Shown here: positions 28,729-38,300 of the stretch, piece after piece | Layout: each line of letters opens with the position of its first letter | Numbering within the stretch: the stretch's first letter is position 1 | Assembly: GCA_964590575.1 (NCBI GenBank) | Contig: CAZPWM010000010.1 | Location: 1-54,586, forward strand | Length of the DNA stretch: 54,586 bases | Direction: 5' to 3' | Origin: an uncultured archaeon | Lineage (GTDB): Archaea > Asgardarchaeota > Thorarchaeia > Thorarchaeales > Thorarchaeaceae | Translations under genes and position numbers: made by a program | The notes under the pieces: generated by a model | Database searches by the model: none | What the model saw: the letters and a program-made list of their open reading frames with translations, nothing else | What the model was told of the DNA's origin: nothing

Positions 28729-31461
28729 CTAGGCTTCAACACCCTTGATGGCAACCAGAATGTCTGCGAGTATAGCGGTCTCCTTTGGCTCTTGCAACAT
28801 TCCCGCAGCGTGAAGCAGGAGTCGCTCAGCGAAGGGTATCTGCTCAGATTTATTGGAACAGAACTTTTCGGCCACCACCGTCAACATCCTTGCTACTGGA
28901 CCAGGGTTTCCCCTAGATGCTGAACCAACACGACTCATGTACTCGTCAACGAAGAGAGGGGTGTTGACGATCTCAGAGATGTCGGTCTCATGGTCCCGTG
29001 CAATCTGGACGGCCTGCATTTCGGGCTGTACTATGATTGGAGCGCTCGGCTTAATACCTCTAAGCAGGTCCTTCATCTCGTCGGTGAGGGGGTGGCTCTC
29101 TGCAAGTTCAGGATTGGCCTCAAAGACCTCTCTCATAGCATCTCTCACCATATCGTCAGTCCACTCCCGCTCAGGCAGTGGGTTCGTGAGCAGATAGTTG
29201 AGGGGTGCCACCTGCACATTGGTTGGTACACTCGCGGTCTTGATTCGTGTCACCACCTCGCCAATTCCCATACCCCCGATGTGCTCGATCTGGGCATCAC
29301 TGCAGAGTGCTTGACGACCAGCAAGCAGACGTTCCTCAAGGTCGGTCAGGGTGTGGATGATAATGTTAGAAGGTAGTTTGACTATCTCCGGAGGAAGACT
29401 GCTTATGAGCTGGTCCACGATGGCTAAGGCCAGACCTGTTCCCCTCTGTGTTCGTAGCATCTCTGCGATGTTGGAGACCGCCTTCAGCGTGGACGTGGGC
29501 TCTGCATACCCTCCCTGATTCTGCGTTCCTTTGAGGAATTGGTGAGCCTCCTCCAGCACAAGGAGATGACTCACCTCCTTCTTTGGATTAGCGACCAGAT
29601 ACTCACTGATTCCCACCGTGAGAGCACCAATCAGGAGCGCTCTGTCCTCAGGGGAGAGGTCTCGCATCTCGATGATTGTGGGATGAGCAAGGAGTTCGGG
29701 GATTGTCAGACCCTTAGGGGTGTTGAACATGTCCACCAGGATCTCGTTCCTGAGCATACTCCTGAGTCTAGCGTCAAGTGCCCCATAGAAGTCCTTCTTG
29801 AGGTCCTCACCATAATCTAGGTGAGTCTTGGCCACTTGTTGAACTGCCTCATAGAGGTCTGAGAGAAGAATGGGTCGACCTCTGATGTTACCCATGCGGG
29901 ACCAGCCACAGTTCTCATACATAGTGTTGAAGATGTCATCAAAGTGCATAGAGATGACGCCGTCGGTTGGGAGAGCTGCCACATGGACATCTATCATCCT
30001 GTCGATGAATTTTCCCACTGGAACCTTTGGTGGGACATTCCACATGTTATAACGGAGAGGAGCGATGTCAGGGGTTCCAGCAGTGAATATGCGGAACTCA
30101 GGATAAAGATCCTTCAGAACTCGCCAGTCATTGACATTTCCAGGTGTGAGGATGATGGGGGTGACGTCGTTCCTGTAAGCCTGAGCAACAAGACTAACAC
30201 AGGTGGTGGTCTTTCCGTATCCTGTGTTCCCGTAGATTCCAATATGAGAACCAAGCAATTCTCGGACTAGTCCATAGGGTTGAGTTTTCTGAGGTGTACC
30301 GTTTCGTATCGCATACCCAAGGAGGATGAGTTGTTTCTGAGAGAACTGCCAGACAGAATCTGAATTGTTGTGAGTACTCCTGTTCCTAGGAATGAGAGCT
30401 TTCTTGGGAGTGGGTTGTATTGGTTTGACTTCAAGCTGGAGGTTGGTTTCCTTCTCCTTCTCCATCTCTGACAGATCAACACTCGCGACAGAGAAGTTCT
30501 CCCGTCGAGAGACCCTGATGCCGAGGTCTACGCGTGGGAGGGCAAAGTAGGTAGCGGTCTCCTCTGGAGTGAGAACTGTGTGGTCGCCCACGGGTCTACC
30601 TGCTAGTGCCTTCTCGAAATCCTTTCGTCTCTTCTTGATGACGACCCGAAGGTCCTCCTCCTTGTCAGCTGGGGTTATTCCACTCATGAGGATGGACATC
30701 ATTCGTTTTGCTTGTGTTTCAGCGTATTTCTTGTCCTGATGCCAATGAGTGACGGTCACTGAAACTTTTCCTAGGTATCGACTGCTCAACCGCTTGACCT
30801 GTCTACTGAGGCGTTCAGCCTCCCGGGAGGCGCTAGCACTCACTCTAGTGGTGGACTGTTGTGAGTCGGGAGAGAAGAATCCCGGAGCTGAGACCACCCT
30901 CTGAGACCGTTCCATGGCATTCTCATAGGCGCGTTCCATTGCTCGGACATGTCGTTTTCCAGACTTTGTTGGTTCGATGAAGACTTGGAGGATGACATTG
31001 TCTAGACTCTGGAGTACCTCTCCGGCGGCATCCATTGGATCAATCTGGACTGTGTGGTGTCCAGTTTCTTCAGGGGTTTCGGGTTCTCCAAGAAGACACG
31101 CGGTGACTCCGCTAAACTCAAGATTGACATTATGTCCCTTGAACTCCTTGGCTGGAGCGAGGATAAACTTCGGTAGGTAAGCTGCCACAGAAGTTGTTAG
31201 TGTAGTGAGATTCTTATTCAGTTCTTCCTGTTTTCGTGTCCAAGTGAGAAAGAATACCCGGGTTTTTTCGTTGATGTGCTCAAGTCGAAGACCCACAGGA
31301 ACCTCAGCATGAATCATACCTCTGAGGATGCTCATGAACGATTTTCTATAGTTGGTATCCCGATTCTCTGCATCCGATGTCCTCAGGTAGTCTTCTGGAA
31401 TCTCAACTACCTCCACCGCTCCGACTTGGAAATCACCCATCCATGACTCTAACATAACCAT
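28729..31461 (-). CDS. HerA/VirB4/TraG-like P-loop ATPase
   Basis: HIGIYGNTGYGKTT Walker A, LLVLEEAHQ Walker B, R..G....VDQ; long N-terminal domain. Confidence 0.85.
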   Translation of the reverse strand: MVMLESWMGDFQVGAVEVVEIPEDYLRTSDAENRDTNYRKSFMSILRGMIHAEVPVGLRLEHINEKTRVFFLTWTRKQEELNKNLTTLTTSVAAYLPKFILAPAKEFKGHNVNLEFSGVTACLLGEPETPEETGHHTVQIDPMDAAGEVLQSLDNVILQVFIEPTKSGKRHVRAMERAYENAMERSQRVVSAPGFFSPDSQQSTTRVSASASREAERLSRQVKRLSSRYLGKVSVTVTHWHQDKKYAETQAKRMMSILMSGITPADKEEDLRVVIKKRRKDFEKALAGRPVGDHTVLTPEETATYFALPRVDLGIRVSRRENFSVASVDLSEMEKEKETNLQLEVKPIQPTPKKALIPRNRSTHNNSDSVWQFSQKQLILLGYAIRNGTPQKTQPYGLVRELLGSHIGIYGNTGYGKTTTCVSLVAQAYRNDVTPIILTPGNVNDWRVLKDLYPEFRIFTAGTPDIAPLRYNMWNVPPKVPVGKFIDRMIDVHVAALPTDGVISMHFDDIFNTMYENCGWSRMGNIRGRPILLSDLYEAVQQVAKTHLDYGEDLKKDFYGALDARLRSMLRNEILVDMFNTPKGLTIPELLAHPTIIEMRDLSPEDRALLIGALTVGISEYLVANPKKEVSHLLVLEEAHQFLKGTQNQGGYAEPTSTLKAVSNIAEMLRTQRGTGLALAIVDQLISSLPPEIVKLPSNIIIHTLTDLEERLLAGRQALCSDAQIEHIGGMGIGEVVTRIKTASVPTNVQVAPLNYLLTNPLPEREWTDDMVRDAMREVFEANPELAESHPLTDEMKDLLRGIKPSAPIIVQPEMQAVQIARDHETDISEIVNTPLFVDEYMSRVGSASRGNPGPVARMLTVVAEKFCSNKSEQIPFAERLLLHAAGMLQEPKETAILADILVAIKGVEA

Positions 31462-31728
31462 ACCTTCTTCGGACTATGGTTACAATATTGTTCTTGAATA
31501 TCCAAATCCCTTTCCACAGACACGTATACTGTTCGACATCCTTTGTATTCCTGAAAATCAGGACCAAAACTGAAGCGGTCGGATTATGGGCTGTTTTGGT
31601 GGAGAATCCAAGTTTTACAGAGTTATGGACTTTTATTGGAGATAAGTTATGGTCATTTGTGCACTCGAAAATGACGGATATGATGAAAATCGGAGAATTT
31701 AAGTCAAACACTCTATTAACAAATTGAA

Positions 31729-32427
31729 TTGGAGGTTCGTATATTGCGTCAAGTAGGAGCAATTATTGTATGCATCTTCTTATTGTCCTTGGTAAACTCT
31801 GGATATGTAGTCAGTGAAGTTCATGGATTGTCTATTGGATTCTCTGAAGGTGCAGAGTTTCATTATACATTTCCTGATCATCCACAAATGGATGACTACT
31901 ACATAGTAGTAGATGAAATTGGCGCACTTCCTGATAATATAACTGATACCAGTCATGTGAGTGTGGATTCACACATTGTGAATTTTACCGGCTATTGGTC
32001 TAATGGAACTGAGATGCCTGAGAACTATGATATGATGGCGTTTTGGGGATTTCTCCCAATTGGAAATTGGACTTATATTAAGACACTCAACCCTACAATT
32101 CTGACCTTAATTGATACAGAGGATCTTTTTGGTTATGATAGATCAACTGAGGGACATCCGGATTATGGCACTTATTGGAAAGCAGATGGAGCATTATATG
32201 AGCTTCACGTGGTTTGGGGCGCCGAGTGGCACATCTTGCGGACAGATGATTCAACGAGTACAACCACTACACCTGAAACTACAACTACTACGCCAACAAC
32301 CAGTACAGAACCAACCGATGGTACCTCGGGTCCTTCTCTCTTTGACATGCCTGAGATTCTATTGATTTCGTTTGCTGGAGTTGGAGTAATTCTAATCGTT
32401 GCTATAGTTCTCATAAAGAAACGATGA
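31729..32427 (+). CDS. Secreted protein with Thr-rich linker and C-terminal membrane anchor
   Basis: Signal peptide, TSTTTTPETTTTTPTT linker, TM followed by KKR. Confidence 0.8.
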   Translation: MEVRILRQVGAIIVCIFLLSLVNSGYVVSEVHGLSIGFSEGAEFHYTFPDHPQMDDYYIVVDEIGALPDNITDTSHVSVDSHIVNFTGYWSNGTEMPENYDMMAFWGFLPIGNWTYIKTLNPTILTLIDTEDLFGYDRSTEGHPDYGTYWKADGALYELHVVWGAEWHILRTDDSTSTTTTPETTTTTPTTSTEPTDGTSGPSLFDMPEILLISFAGVGVILIVAIVLIKKR

Positions 32428-32502
32428 ATCAGATCTGGATGGATTAATTTTCTAATGTTAGCAAAGGATGTGATGGAAAAAACAGTTAGTGATGTAACCC
32501 TG

Positions 32503-32572
32503 CTACCAACTGAGCCACGGCGGCATGTTCTCGAGGTCACCCTTCAGAATCGAATATTAACATTACTGTTTA
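32503..32572 (-). repeat. tRNA-Asn promoter plus 5' fragment (B1)
   Basis: Minus strand GCCGCCGTGGCTCAGTTGGTAG (32503-32524), 21/22 match to tRNA nt 1-22; upstream ACAGTAATGTTAATATT; 70-bp direct repeat with B2. Confidence 0.9.
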
Positions 32573-32591
32573 TCGATTATTCACATCACAG

Positions 32592-32757
32592 TCATTTCTT
32601 GCGAATAATGATCATCACAATTATGACAACAACCCCACCGCCAACTCCTAGCAAGAGCAGAAGCTCCATAGGAAAAATGAATCCATCAGTTGAAGTTGTT
32701 GGAGATGTTGCTGTGGTTGTTGGTGTAGTATGTCTGGGAACTTCAAGCAGAATATCT
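32592..32757 (-). pseudogene. C-terminal remnant of a Thr-rich membrane-anchored protein
   Basis: TTPTTTATSPTTSTDG, TM, RKK*; the upstream part is replaced by the MFS gene. Confidence 0.6.
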
Positions 32758-33969
32758 CTACTGACTGACTTTTCTAGAAGGTCTACCGAGGAACAGATAG
32801 AGAATAGCGGACAGGAGAGGTACAACAGCTCCTAGGAGTAGTGCGCTCTGCCACCCAAAGATACTATACGCGAATCCCGAAATCGGAGCCCCAATGGCCA
32901 CACCGCCTACGTTCATTGCGTAGAACACACCCGTAGCCAGTCCTCTGTCCTCCTCATCCGCTCTATCGCGAACGAGCGCTGCGCTCGTGGGGAAGACCAT
33001 TCCGTGTCCGAGGCCAAGTACTGCCATTCCCAAAATCGCGTAGTGTAGCTCAAGGGACAGTGAGAGAACTATGAAGGAAAGAGCCGCCACGAGGAGACCC
33101 ACTATACTGATGCGAGGTTTCCCGAACTTGTCGCTAGCCATTCCGGCAGGGTAGTGAACGAGTAGCGATACAAGCACCATAACTGCTAACAACATCCCTA
33201 TCTGGCTGGCAGGGTATCCGACTGCACTCAATATGATGGCGTATGATACTGTTATGATGCCGAGGTTGAAGTAGATTGCCAAGACCGCCACGTACGGAAG
33301 AAGTGTTACATTCTTGACAATTGTTTCTGCGAAGGTCCTGAACTCTTCCCTTACTGAAACGCCCTTTCTCGTCGGGATATCATCAGGTGGCAGCACAGAG
33401 GAAACCAGACTCATCACCAACATCATTACTGCGACAGCTAGGAATAGTGACTGATATCCGATTCTCTCAGCAAAGACACCACCTATGCTGAACCCGAACA
33501 ACATCGACAGAGCAATTGAGATGCCGTAGAGCGCCATTCCTCGGCCGCTCCGTTCCTTGGGAACATTATCGCTGAGATATGACATAGTCGATGGACCGCC
33601 AATCCCTCCTCCAATTCCGTGAATCATACGGGAGAACAACAGAAAGACTGGTGTATTTGCTACGAAGTACAGGAGCATGGCAATACCGTCAAGGAAAAGA
33701 CCTACTGGAACTGTAGGTTTCCTCCCGAATCTATCAACGACTCGTCCCATAAGGATGTTCGATGGGATGTGAACCATAGAATAGACTCCAACAATGATTC
33801 CAGCAAGAATAGAAGATGCACCTAGACTGATTGAGTAGTTTGCCATTATAGGAATGACAACTGCACTATCGAAGTTCACGAGAAAGGAAGCCATCAGCAG
33901 GATTGTCAAATGGCTCCTTCTCAAGGGGGTTCTGGGTTTCTCGTTACCCGCCTCCATCAAGTCACTCAA
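32758..33969 (-). CDS. MFS transporter
   Basis: GRVVDRFGRK motif A, GMASDKFGK, 12 TM segments. Confidence 0.92.
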   Translation of the reverse strand: MSDLMEAGNEKPRTPLRRSHLTILLMASFLVNFDSAVVIPIMANYSISLGASSILAGIIVGVYSMVHIPSNILMGRVVDRFGRKPTVPVGLFLDGIAMLLYFVANTPVFLLFSRMIHGIGGGIGGPSTMSYLSDNVPKERSGRGMALYGISIALSMLFGFSIGGVFAERIGYQSLFLAVAVMMLVMSLVSSVLPPDDIPTRKGVSVREEFRTFAETIVKNVTLLPYVAVLAIYFNLGIITVSYAIILSAVGYPASQIGMLLAVMVLVSLLVHYPAGMASDKFGKPRISIVGLLVAALSFIVLSLSLELHYAILGMAVLGLGHGMVFPTSAALVRDRADEEDRGLATGVFYAMNVGGVAIGAPISGFAYSIFGWQSALLLGAVVPLLSAILYLFLGRPSRKVSQ

Positions 33970-33978
33970 TCTGCTCTC

Positions 33979-34233
33979 TCACCTTACCCAGTTCTCTTTG
34001 CTCAAACCATGAACTTCCGCGTGCCGCCCTTTCCCCATACCTATTTCTTCAGACATTGCTTCCATGAAATGTTCATTGACTTTGGCCAATCCACTCTCCC
34101 TTGCTTTCTCTTCAATTGATCTCTTCGCTAATTCCAGGGGGAATTGGGAAATCCTATGGAGTATCTTGAGAGCCCCTGATATCCAAGAGAGCGGCTCTTG
34201 CTCACGGAGCGCTGGAACATATATGGCAAACTG
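33979..34233 (-). pseudogene. 5'-truncated gene remnant with a PCP_red-like C-terminal domain
   Basis: Open frame with no start codon upstream of the domain: LSWISGALKILHRISQFPLELAKRSIEEKARESGLAKVNEHFM. Confidence 0.55.
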
Positions 34234-34288
34234 CTAATAAAGTGTTTGAAAACCTTCACAACAAATAATCTGATTTTAAAAGATAGAA

Positions 34289-34358
34289 CTACCTACTGAG
34301 CCACGACGGCTTGTTCTCGAGGTCACGCTTCGGAATCGAATATTAAGATTGCTGTTTA
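34289..34358 (-). repeat. tRNA-Asn promoter plus 5' fragment (B2)
   Basis: Minus strand GCCGTCGTGGCTCAGTAGGTAG (34289-34310), 21/22 match to tRNA nt 1-22; upstream ACAGCAATCTTAATATT. Confidence 0.9.
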
Positions 34359-34379
34359 ACTATAGGAACTAGCTTTGAT

Positions 34380-35570
34380 TCAGAAATCTTCAGTCATCCA
34401 CATATCCGTCTTGGGAAACCATTGTGAAAGAATGGGAGGAACTGGTCCATCAATCCAGCCAAAACAGACAAGAGTGTCAACTTGAGCAGTTCCATAGACG
34501 AGGGCTGTTATACCTTCGATTGTGACTAATGTGTCACATTCGAGATTTTCAACTTTCTCGGTGTGAAGCATTGAATCCTCTTGATAGATCTTGAATGCCT
34601 GATTGTTCCAATCACAATGCTTGTCCTGTACTCGCAGACAGACTTCACCCTCAATGGATGATGGAAGACCCTCAATTGCTTTTTCTACATCAATCACTCT
34701 TGCCATGTAGCTTCTTCTCGCTCTAATCGTTGGGATGTTCCGATCTTGAACCCAGTGATAATAATCATCAGTCATCGGATTGATGGGAATTGAAACATTG
34801 ATGATTTGGTCTGCGTGAAGATAGATGTAGTTGAGCATCGCTGTTCTTGCTTTGCAACTCAAGCAGTACCATTCTCTAACAATCATTGTACCTACAGTCT
34901 TGCTATCACCAAATTGACTGTAGCCTTTGTTCTGATACAACATGAGACCTTCAGGTTCGCCATCCCTTCCAAACACAATCACTATCTCATACTTGTCTCC
35001 AATTGTCATCTCAGCCCATCTTTTGTCATTTCTCCTTACTGCTCCCTGATGCTTTTCTGCAGATCGTTCATGGACGTACTTGAAGAAATCAAGACCTTCC
35101 TTAATTGGTGCTCTTTGAAAGTTATAACCGTGAGGTATCTTACAACCTCTCAATTGTATCGGGTTAACGGAAACGCTCAGGATTGGAGGACAATTGATGT
35201 AACCAAAGGTTGAGTAGAATGTATCTTTGAACGGATACAACATGCTCGTTGCATATCCACTTTGATGCATTAGTTCGATTCCAAAGTCCATCATGTCCCT
35301 AGCATATCCTTTTCTACGAATTTCAGGGGATGTTGCTAGTTCTCCTAGTCCCCCCATACTTTTCCAAGATGTTCTTATGTTCTGATCAAAACGAATCAGA
35401 CGTCCTGTTCCAACTACCTTTCCATCATCTTCAAGGACATAATATTCATTGAAAGAGCTCTTAAAATTCTCTTTTACAAGATTGATATGCGTTGTCGGAT
35501 AGTCATATGCATAGCGTTCTAAATCAAAAATAGCATTTGAGTCGGCCAGTGCCGCCTGACGTATCGCCAT
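34380..35570 (-). CDS. Eis-like GNAT acetyltransferase
   Basis: ATSPEIRRKGYA, LYPF..FY..FGY, MARVIDVEKA, V.D..C.WN, C-terminal EDF. Confidence 0.88.
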   Translation of the reverse strand: MAIRQAALADSNAIFDLERYAYDYPTTHINLVKENFKSSFNEYYVLEDDGKVVGTGRLIRFDQNIRTSWKSMGGLGELATSPEIRRKGYARDMMDFGIELMHQSGYATSMLYPFKDTFYSTFGYINCPPILSVSVNPIQLRGCKIPHGYNFQRAPIKEGLDFFKYVHERSAEKHQGAVRRNDKRWAEMTIGDKYEIVIVFGRDGEPEGLMLYQNKGYSQFGDSKTVGTMIVREWYCLSCKARTAMLNYIYLHADQIINVSIPINPMTDDYYHWVQDRNIPTIRARRSYMARVIDVEKAIEGLPSSIEGEVCLRVQDKHCDWNNQAFKIYQEDSMLHTEKVENLECDTLVTIEGITALVYGTAQVDTLVCFGWIDGPVPPILSQWFPKTDMWMTEDF

Positions 35571-35708
35571 GAGCTCACAGCCAATATTTTACTGTCACTT
35601 CATCCCTATATAAACGGGTTTTAAGGCAAATAGTGTATGATGCAACTATATGCTCAACGTGATTCTCTCACTTAAGATGATCTCATAGATGCAAACAAAT
35701 ATTGACTA

Positions 35709-36182
35709 CTATTTCTTCCTCATACTCAGGAGTCGTGGTCCATACTTGGCAAGTATTAGAACCGCAACCAGTGCTACTATTCCAATAATGATTATGTTAC
35801 TTACAATACCTCCAAGGAACGTGACTTGTATGGTCGCATAGTATCCTGCTCCAACATCATCCACACCAAACAGAGTGATGTTGGTAGACCCACTTGGATA
35901 ATCGTCAGTATTGAATTGCCATGCAATGCTGTTCCCAGAGGCAAAGTGGACCTCATCTCCATTGAAGTATACTGTCAGGTTCTGAACAGCCTCAGGACCA
36001 CTTCCCCTTAGCGTGAATGTTCCTTGGATTAAGCTCCCGAAAGCCATCCCGATATTGCGATCTATTGAGAGGGTCAAGGAGCCCTGTCCCGCTACATTCA
36101 ATGGAATAATGGACACAAATCCAACAACCAACAAAAAGACTCCAATGTATTTCAGATTATGTCGATGCAATTTCAGAATCAT
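35709..36182 (-). CDS. Hypothetical membrane-anchored protein
   Basis: N- and C-terminal TM segments flanking a beta-rich domain. Confidence 0.7.
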   Translation of the reverse strand: MILKLHRHNLKYIGVFLLVVGFVSIIPLNVAGQGSLTLSIDRNIGMAFGSLIQGTFTLRGSGPEAVQNLTVYFNGDEVHFASGNSIAWQFNTDDYPSGSTNITLFGVDDVGAGYYATIQVTFLGGIVSNIIIIGIVALVAVLILAKYGPRLLSMRKK

Positions 36183-36190
36183 CTCGAATA

Positions 36191-36982
36191 TTAACCTCCG
36201 AAAAGAAACGAGAAAATATTGTCAAGTGTCATCATGATGACAAACCCTATCATTATGCCCCATGTAGCCACACGTGCATTTCCGCTCGAGTGACTTTCGG
36301 GTATCATCTCATCTCCCACTACAAAGATCATGGCTCCAGCTGCAAAAGCTAGACCATAAGGTAGCAGAAACGTCGCGATTGAAACTATTGATACACCGAG
36401 AAGGCCACCAATAGGCTCCACAAGTCCAGTTCCCAGTGCTAACAAGGCTGCCTTTCCTCTGGGATAGCCTTCTCTCACAAGAGGCGCAGCCACTGCAAGC
36501 CCCTCAGGCATGTTTTGGAGTCCTATTGCCACCGCAACTGAGATTCCAGTCAATGGGTCATCTACTCCAAACGAAACTCCAACAGCCAATCCTTCAGGGA
36601 AGTTATGGATTGTTATTGCTAGAATCAGAAGCCACACTCTTGCCATCGCCGATGAGGGGCCCTCAACTCCTTTTTCGAAATGAGCATGTGGGATATACTT
36701 GTCTGCCAGATGTACGAATACGCCTCCTAATGCAAATCCAAGCACTACAATAGTCAGTACGTCAGTCCAATCATTAACAAGTGGGTCTTCCAAGGCTGGT
36801 ACTAGGAGACTGAACGCTGATGCGGCAAGCATGACTCCTGCAGCAAACCCCAGCATTATGTCCAGAGTTCTTCGGCTGAAGTCACGTTTGATAAGAATAG
36901 GAAGTGCTCCAACTCCTGTTGCCGCTCCTGCTATCAGGCTGGCAACTGCACCAAGCACTATAGGGTCACTGACGAACTGCAT
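36191..36982 (-). CDS. ZIP family metal transporter (GufA/ZupT-like)
   Basis: GFAAGVML, HNFPEGLAVG, QNMPEG, EPIG, EMIPESH. Confidence 0.93.
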   Translation of the reverse strand: MQFVSDPIVLGAVASLIAGAATGVGALPILIKRDFSRRTLDIMLGFAAGVMLAASAFSLLVPALEDPLVNDWTDVLTIVVLGFALGGVFVHLADKYIPHAHFEKGVEGPSSAMARVWLLILAITIHNFPEGLAVGVSFGVDDPLTGISVAVAIGLQNMPEGLAVAAPLVREGYPRGKAALLALGTGLVEPIGGLLGVSIVSIATFLLPYGLAFAAGAMIFVVGDEMIPESHSSGNARVATWGIMIGFVIMMTLDNIFSFLFGG

Positions 36983-37075
36983 GGAAAAAGCAGTTTCCCC
37001 CTCTCTCTTAAGGAAACCGTTATGTGATTCTGTATCTTAAGAACATGTGTTCCAAGTAATCGAGGAAGTGATACA

Positions 37076-37549
37076 ATGTCCGAAAAACAAGAGAGATGGC
37101 GTAGATCCCCTGAACTTCTTGAGGATGCATTTAGAGCATGGCGCAAGGCAGATGGGGAACTCAATCCCAGTTCTGTTGTTGCTACGGTCGATGAGGATGG
37201 GTGTCCACATATTGCACCATTTGGTAGTATGCGTGCAGTCACCCCTAGGTTGATGCGTTTTATTGTTCATCGGTACCATGACACCTTAAGCAATCTAAAA
37301 CGTGATGCTCGGGTTATGGTTGCTATGATTTCTGACCCTGATATTGCAGTAAGTATCAAAGGAAATGCGAGGGTAGTCGAAGAACCGTTCATACTGGATG
37401 AGAACTATGCCTTGGTTGAAATCGATATTAATGAAGTGAAGAATGATATGCCTATCAAGATAGGGATAGAAACAGGGATAGCGATTTCACCAAGCGGTCC
37501 ATTTGTTGAATGGTGGAAACAGCTCTGGAAGAGAATGAGTCAAGACTAG
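37076..37549 (+). CDS. Pyridoxamine 5'-phosphate oxidase-like split-barrel protein
   Basis: VATVDEDGCPH.AP, TLSNLK...V, SIKG.A. Confidence 0.8.
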   Translation: MSEKQERWRRSPELLEDAFRAWRKADGELNPSSVVATVDEDGCPHIAPFGSMRAVTPRLMRFIVHRYHDTLSNLKRDARVMVAMISDPDIAVSIKGNARVVEEPFILDENYALVEIDINEVKNDMPIKIGIETGIAISPSGPFVEWWKQLWKRMSQD

Positions 37550-37566
37550 TTACTTTGTCAAGCCAG

Positions 37567-38046
37567 TCAGTCTGAGGGGCTGATTCTCCAAGAAGCCACT
37601 TCCCTTGCAAGAAGCCCGTAGAAGGGAGGAGATATCAGAGTAGCCACAAGGGCCAACTGAATCTGAAAGAACGGATCAACCTGTGGCCCTCCTGCTATTT
37701 GGACTACGAAGACTGTTGTAGCACCAGAGAGAACAATCATGCAGATGAACAACAGAACTGCCCCTTGTCCAAGAACTGTAAGACCAGAAAATCTATGTTC
37801 TTGAGCCCAGAAACGCATTGAAACTCTAGAGTTCAGTGTGCCAAGTATACATGAACCGGCTAGAAAACCAAGCAAGAACCCGGTCGTTTTGTAGTCGAGG
37901 GGAAGCCACATGACAAGCACATAGTGCAGTAATCCGAAGACGGCAACAACCAATCCCTGCAAATAGATTTTCAGGGCTTTCATCAGAAGTGAATATGTCC
38001 ATGCCATTGAATCATAAGTTACTCCTTGTTCAGGTTCTACTGTCAT
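37567..38046 (-). CDS. Hypothetical membrane protein
   Basis: About four hydrophobic segments; GAGGGTGA ribosome-binding site upstream. Confidence 0.7.
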   Translation of the reverse strand: MTVEPEQGVTYDSMAWTYSLLMKALKIYLQGLVVAVFGLLHYVLVMWLPLDYKTTGFLLGFLAGSCILGTLNSRVSMRFWAQEHRFSGLTVLGQGAVLLFICMIVLSGATTVFVVQIAGGPQVDPFFQIQLALVATLISPPFYGLLAREVASWRISPSD

Positions 38047-38170
38047 GAAATATCACCCTCCGTGAAATGATTATTATTAGATGTTGATTTAGGTTAAGGC
38101 TTCCGGAGTCCTAAAACCGCATGGAATTCTGAGAAGGAACAGAACAAGGATGCGGTGCTTTGAGGGGGTA

Positions 38171-38194
38171 TGGTGAGCCCGGCGCGATTTGAAC
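38171..38194 (-). repeat. tRNA 3'-end fragment (T loop to CCA), att-like
   Basis: GTTCAAATCGCGCCGGGCTCACCA with no upstream tRNA body. Confidence 0.75.
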
Positions 38195-38300
38195 TTGTCT
38201 GGTTTTGGAAGAATCTCACCAAGATATCAGCAAACCACATGGAATTTGCGCTAGTCTTAGTTTATAAATTCGGAATGACCTAGTCCAATCCTGAAAAATC

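Larger units (their letters stand above)
18720..34358. mobile_element. tRNA-Asn-anchored accessory island or cassette array
   Basis: Bounded and subdivided by tRNA-Asn 3'-end fragments (left) and 5'-end fragments (right); heterogeneous accessory genes and gene remnants; no integrase seen. Confidence 0.65.

Noticed and set aside
31433-31762. ORFs 31433-31762(-) and 31476-31727(+)
   Set aside because: They lie in an AT-rich divergent intergenic region, overlap neighbouring genes and show no recognisable motifs.
24776-34310. Split or trans-spliced tRNA-Asn made from the 5' and 3' fragments
   Set aside because: No anticodon-containing middle piece and no long complementary leaders were seen, and an intact tRNA-Asn is present. 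Not fully excluded without RNA data.
18720-34358. Integrase or transposase in the island
   Set aside because: No R..HxxR..Y tyrosine recombinase, serine recombinase or DDE motif was recognisable in any ORF.
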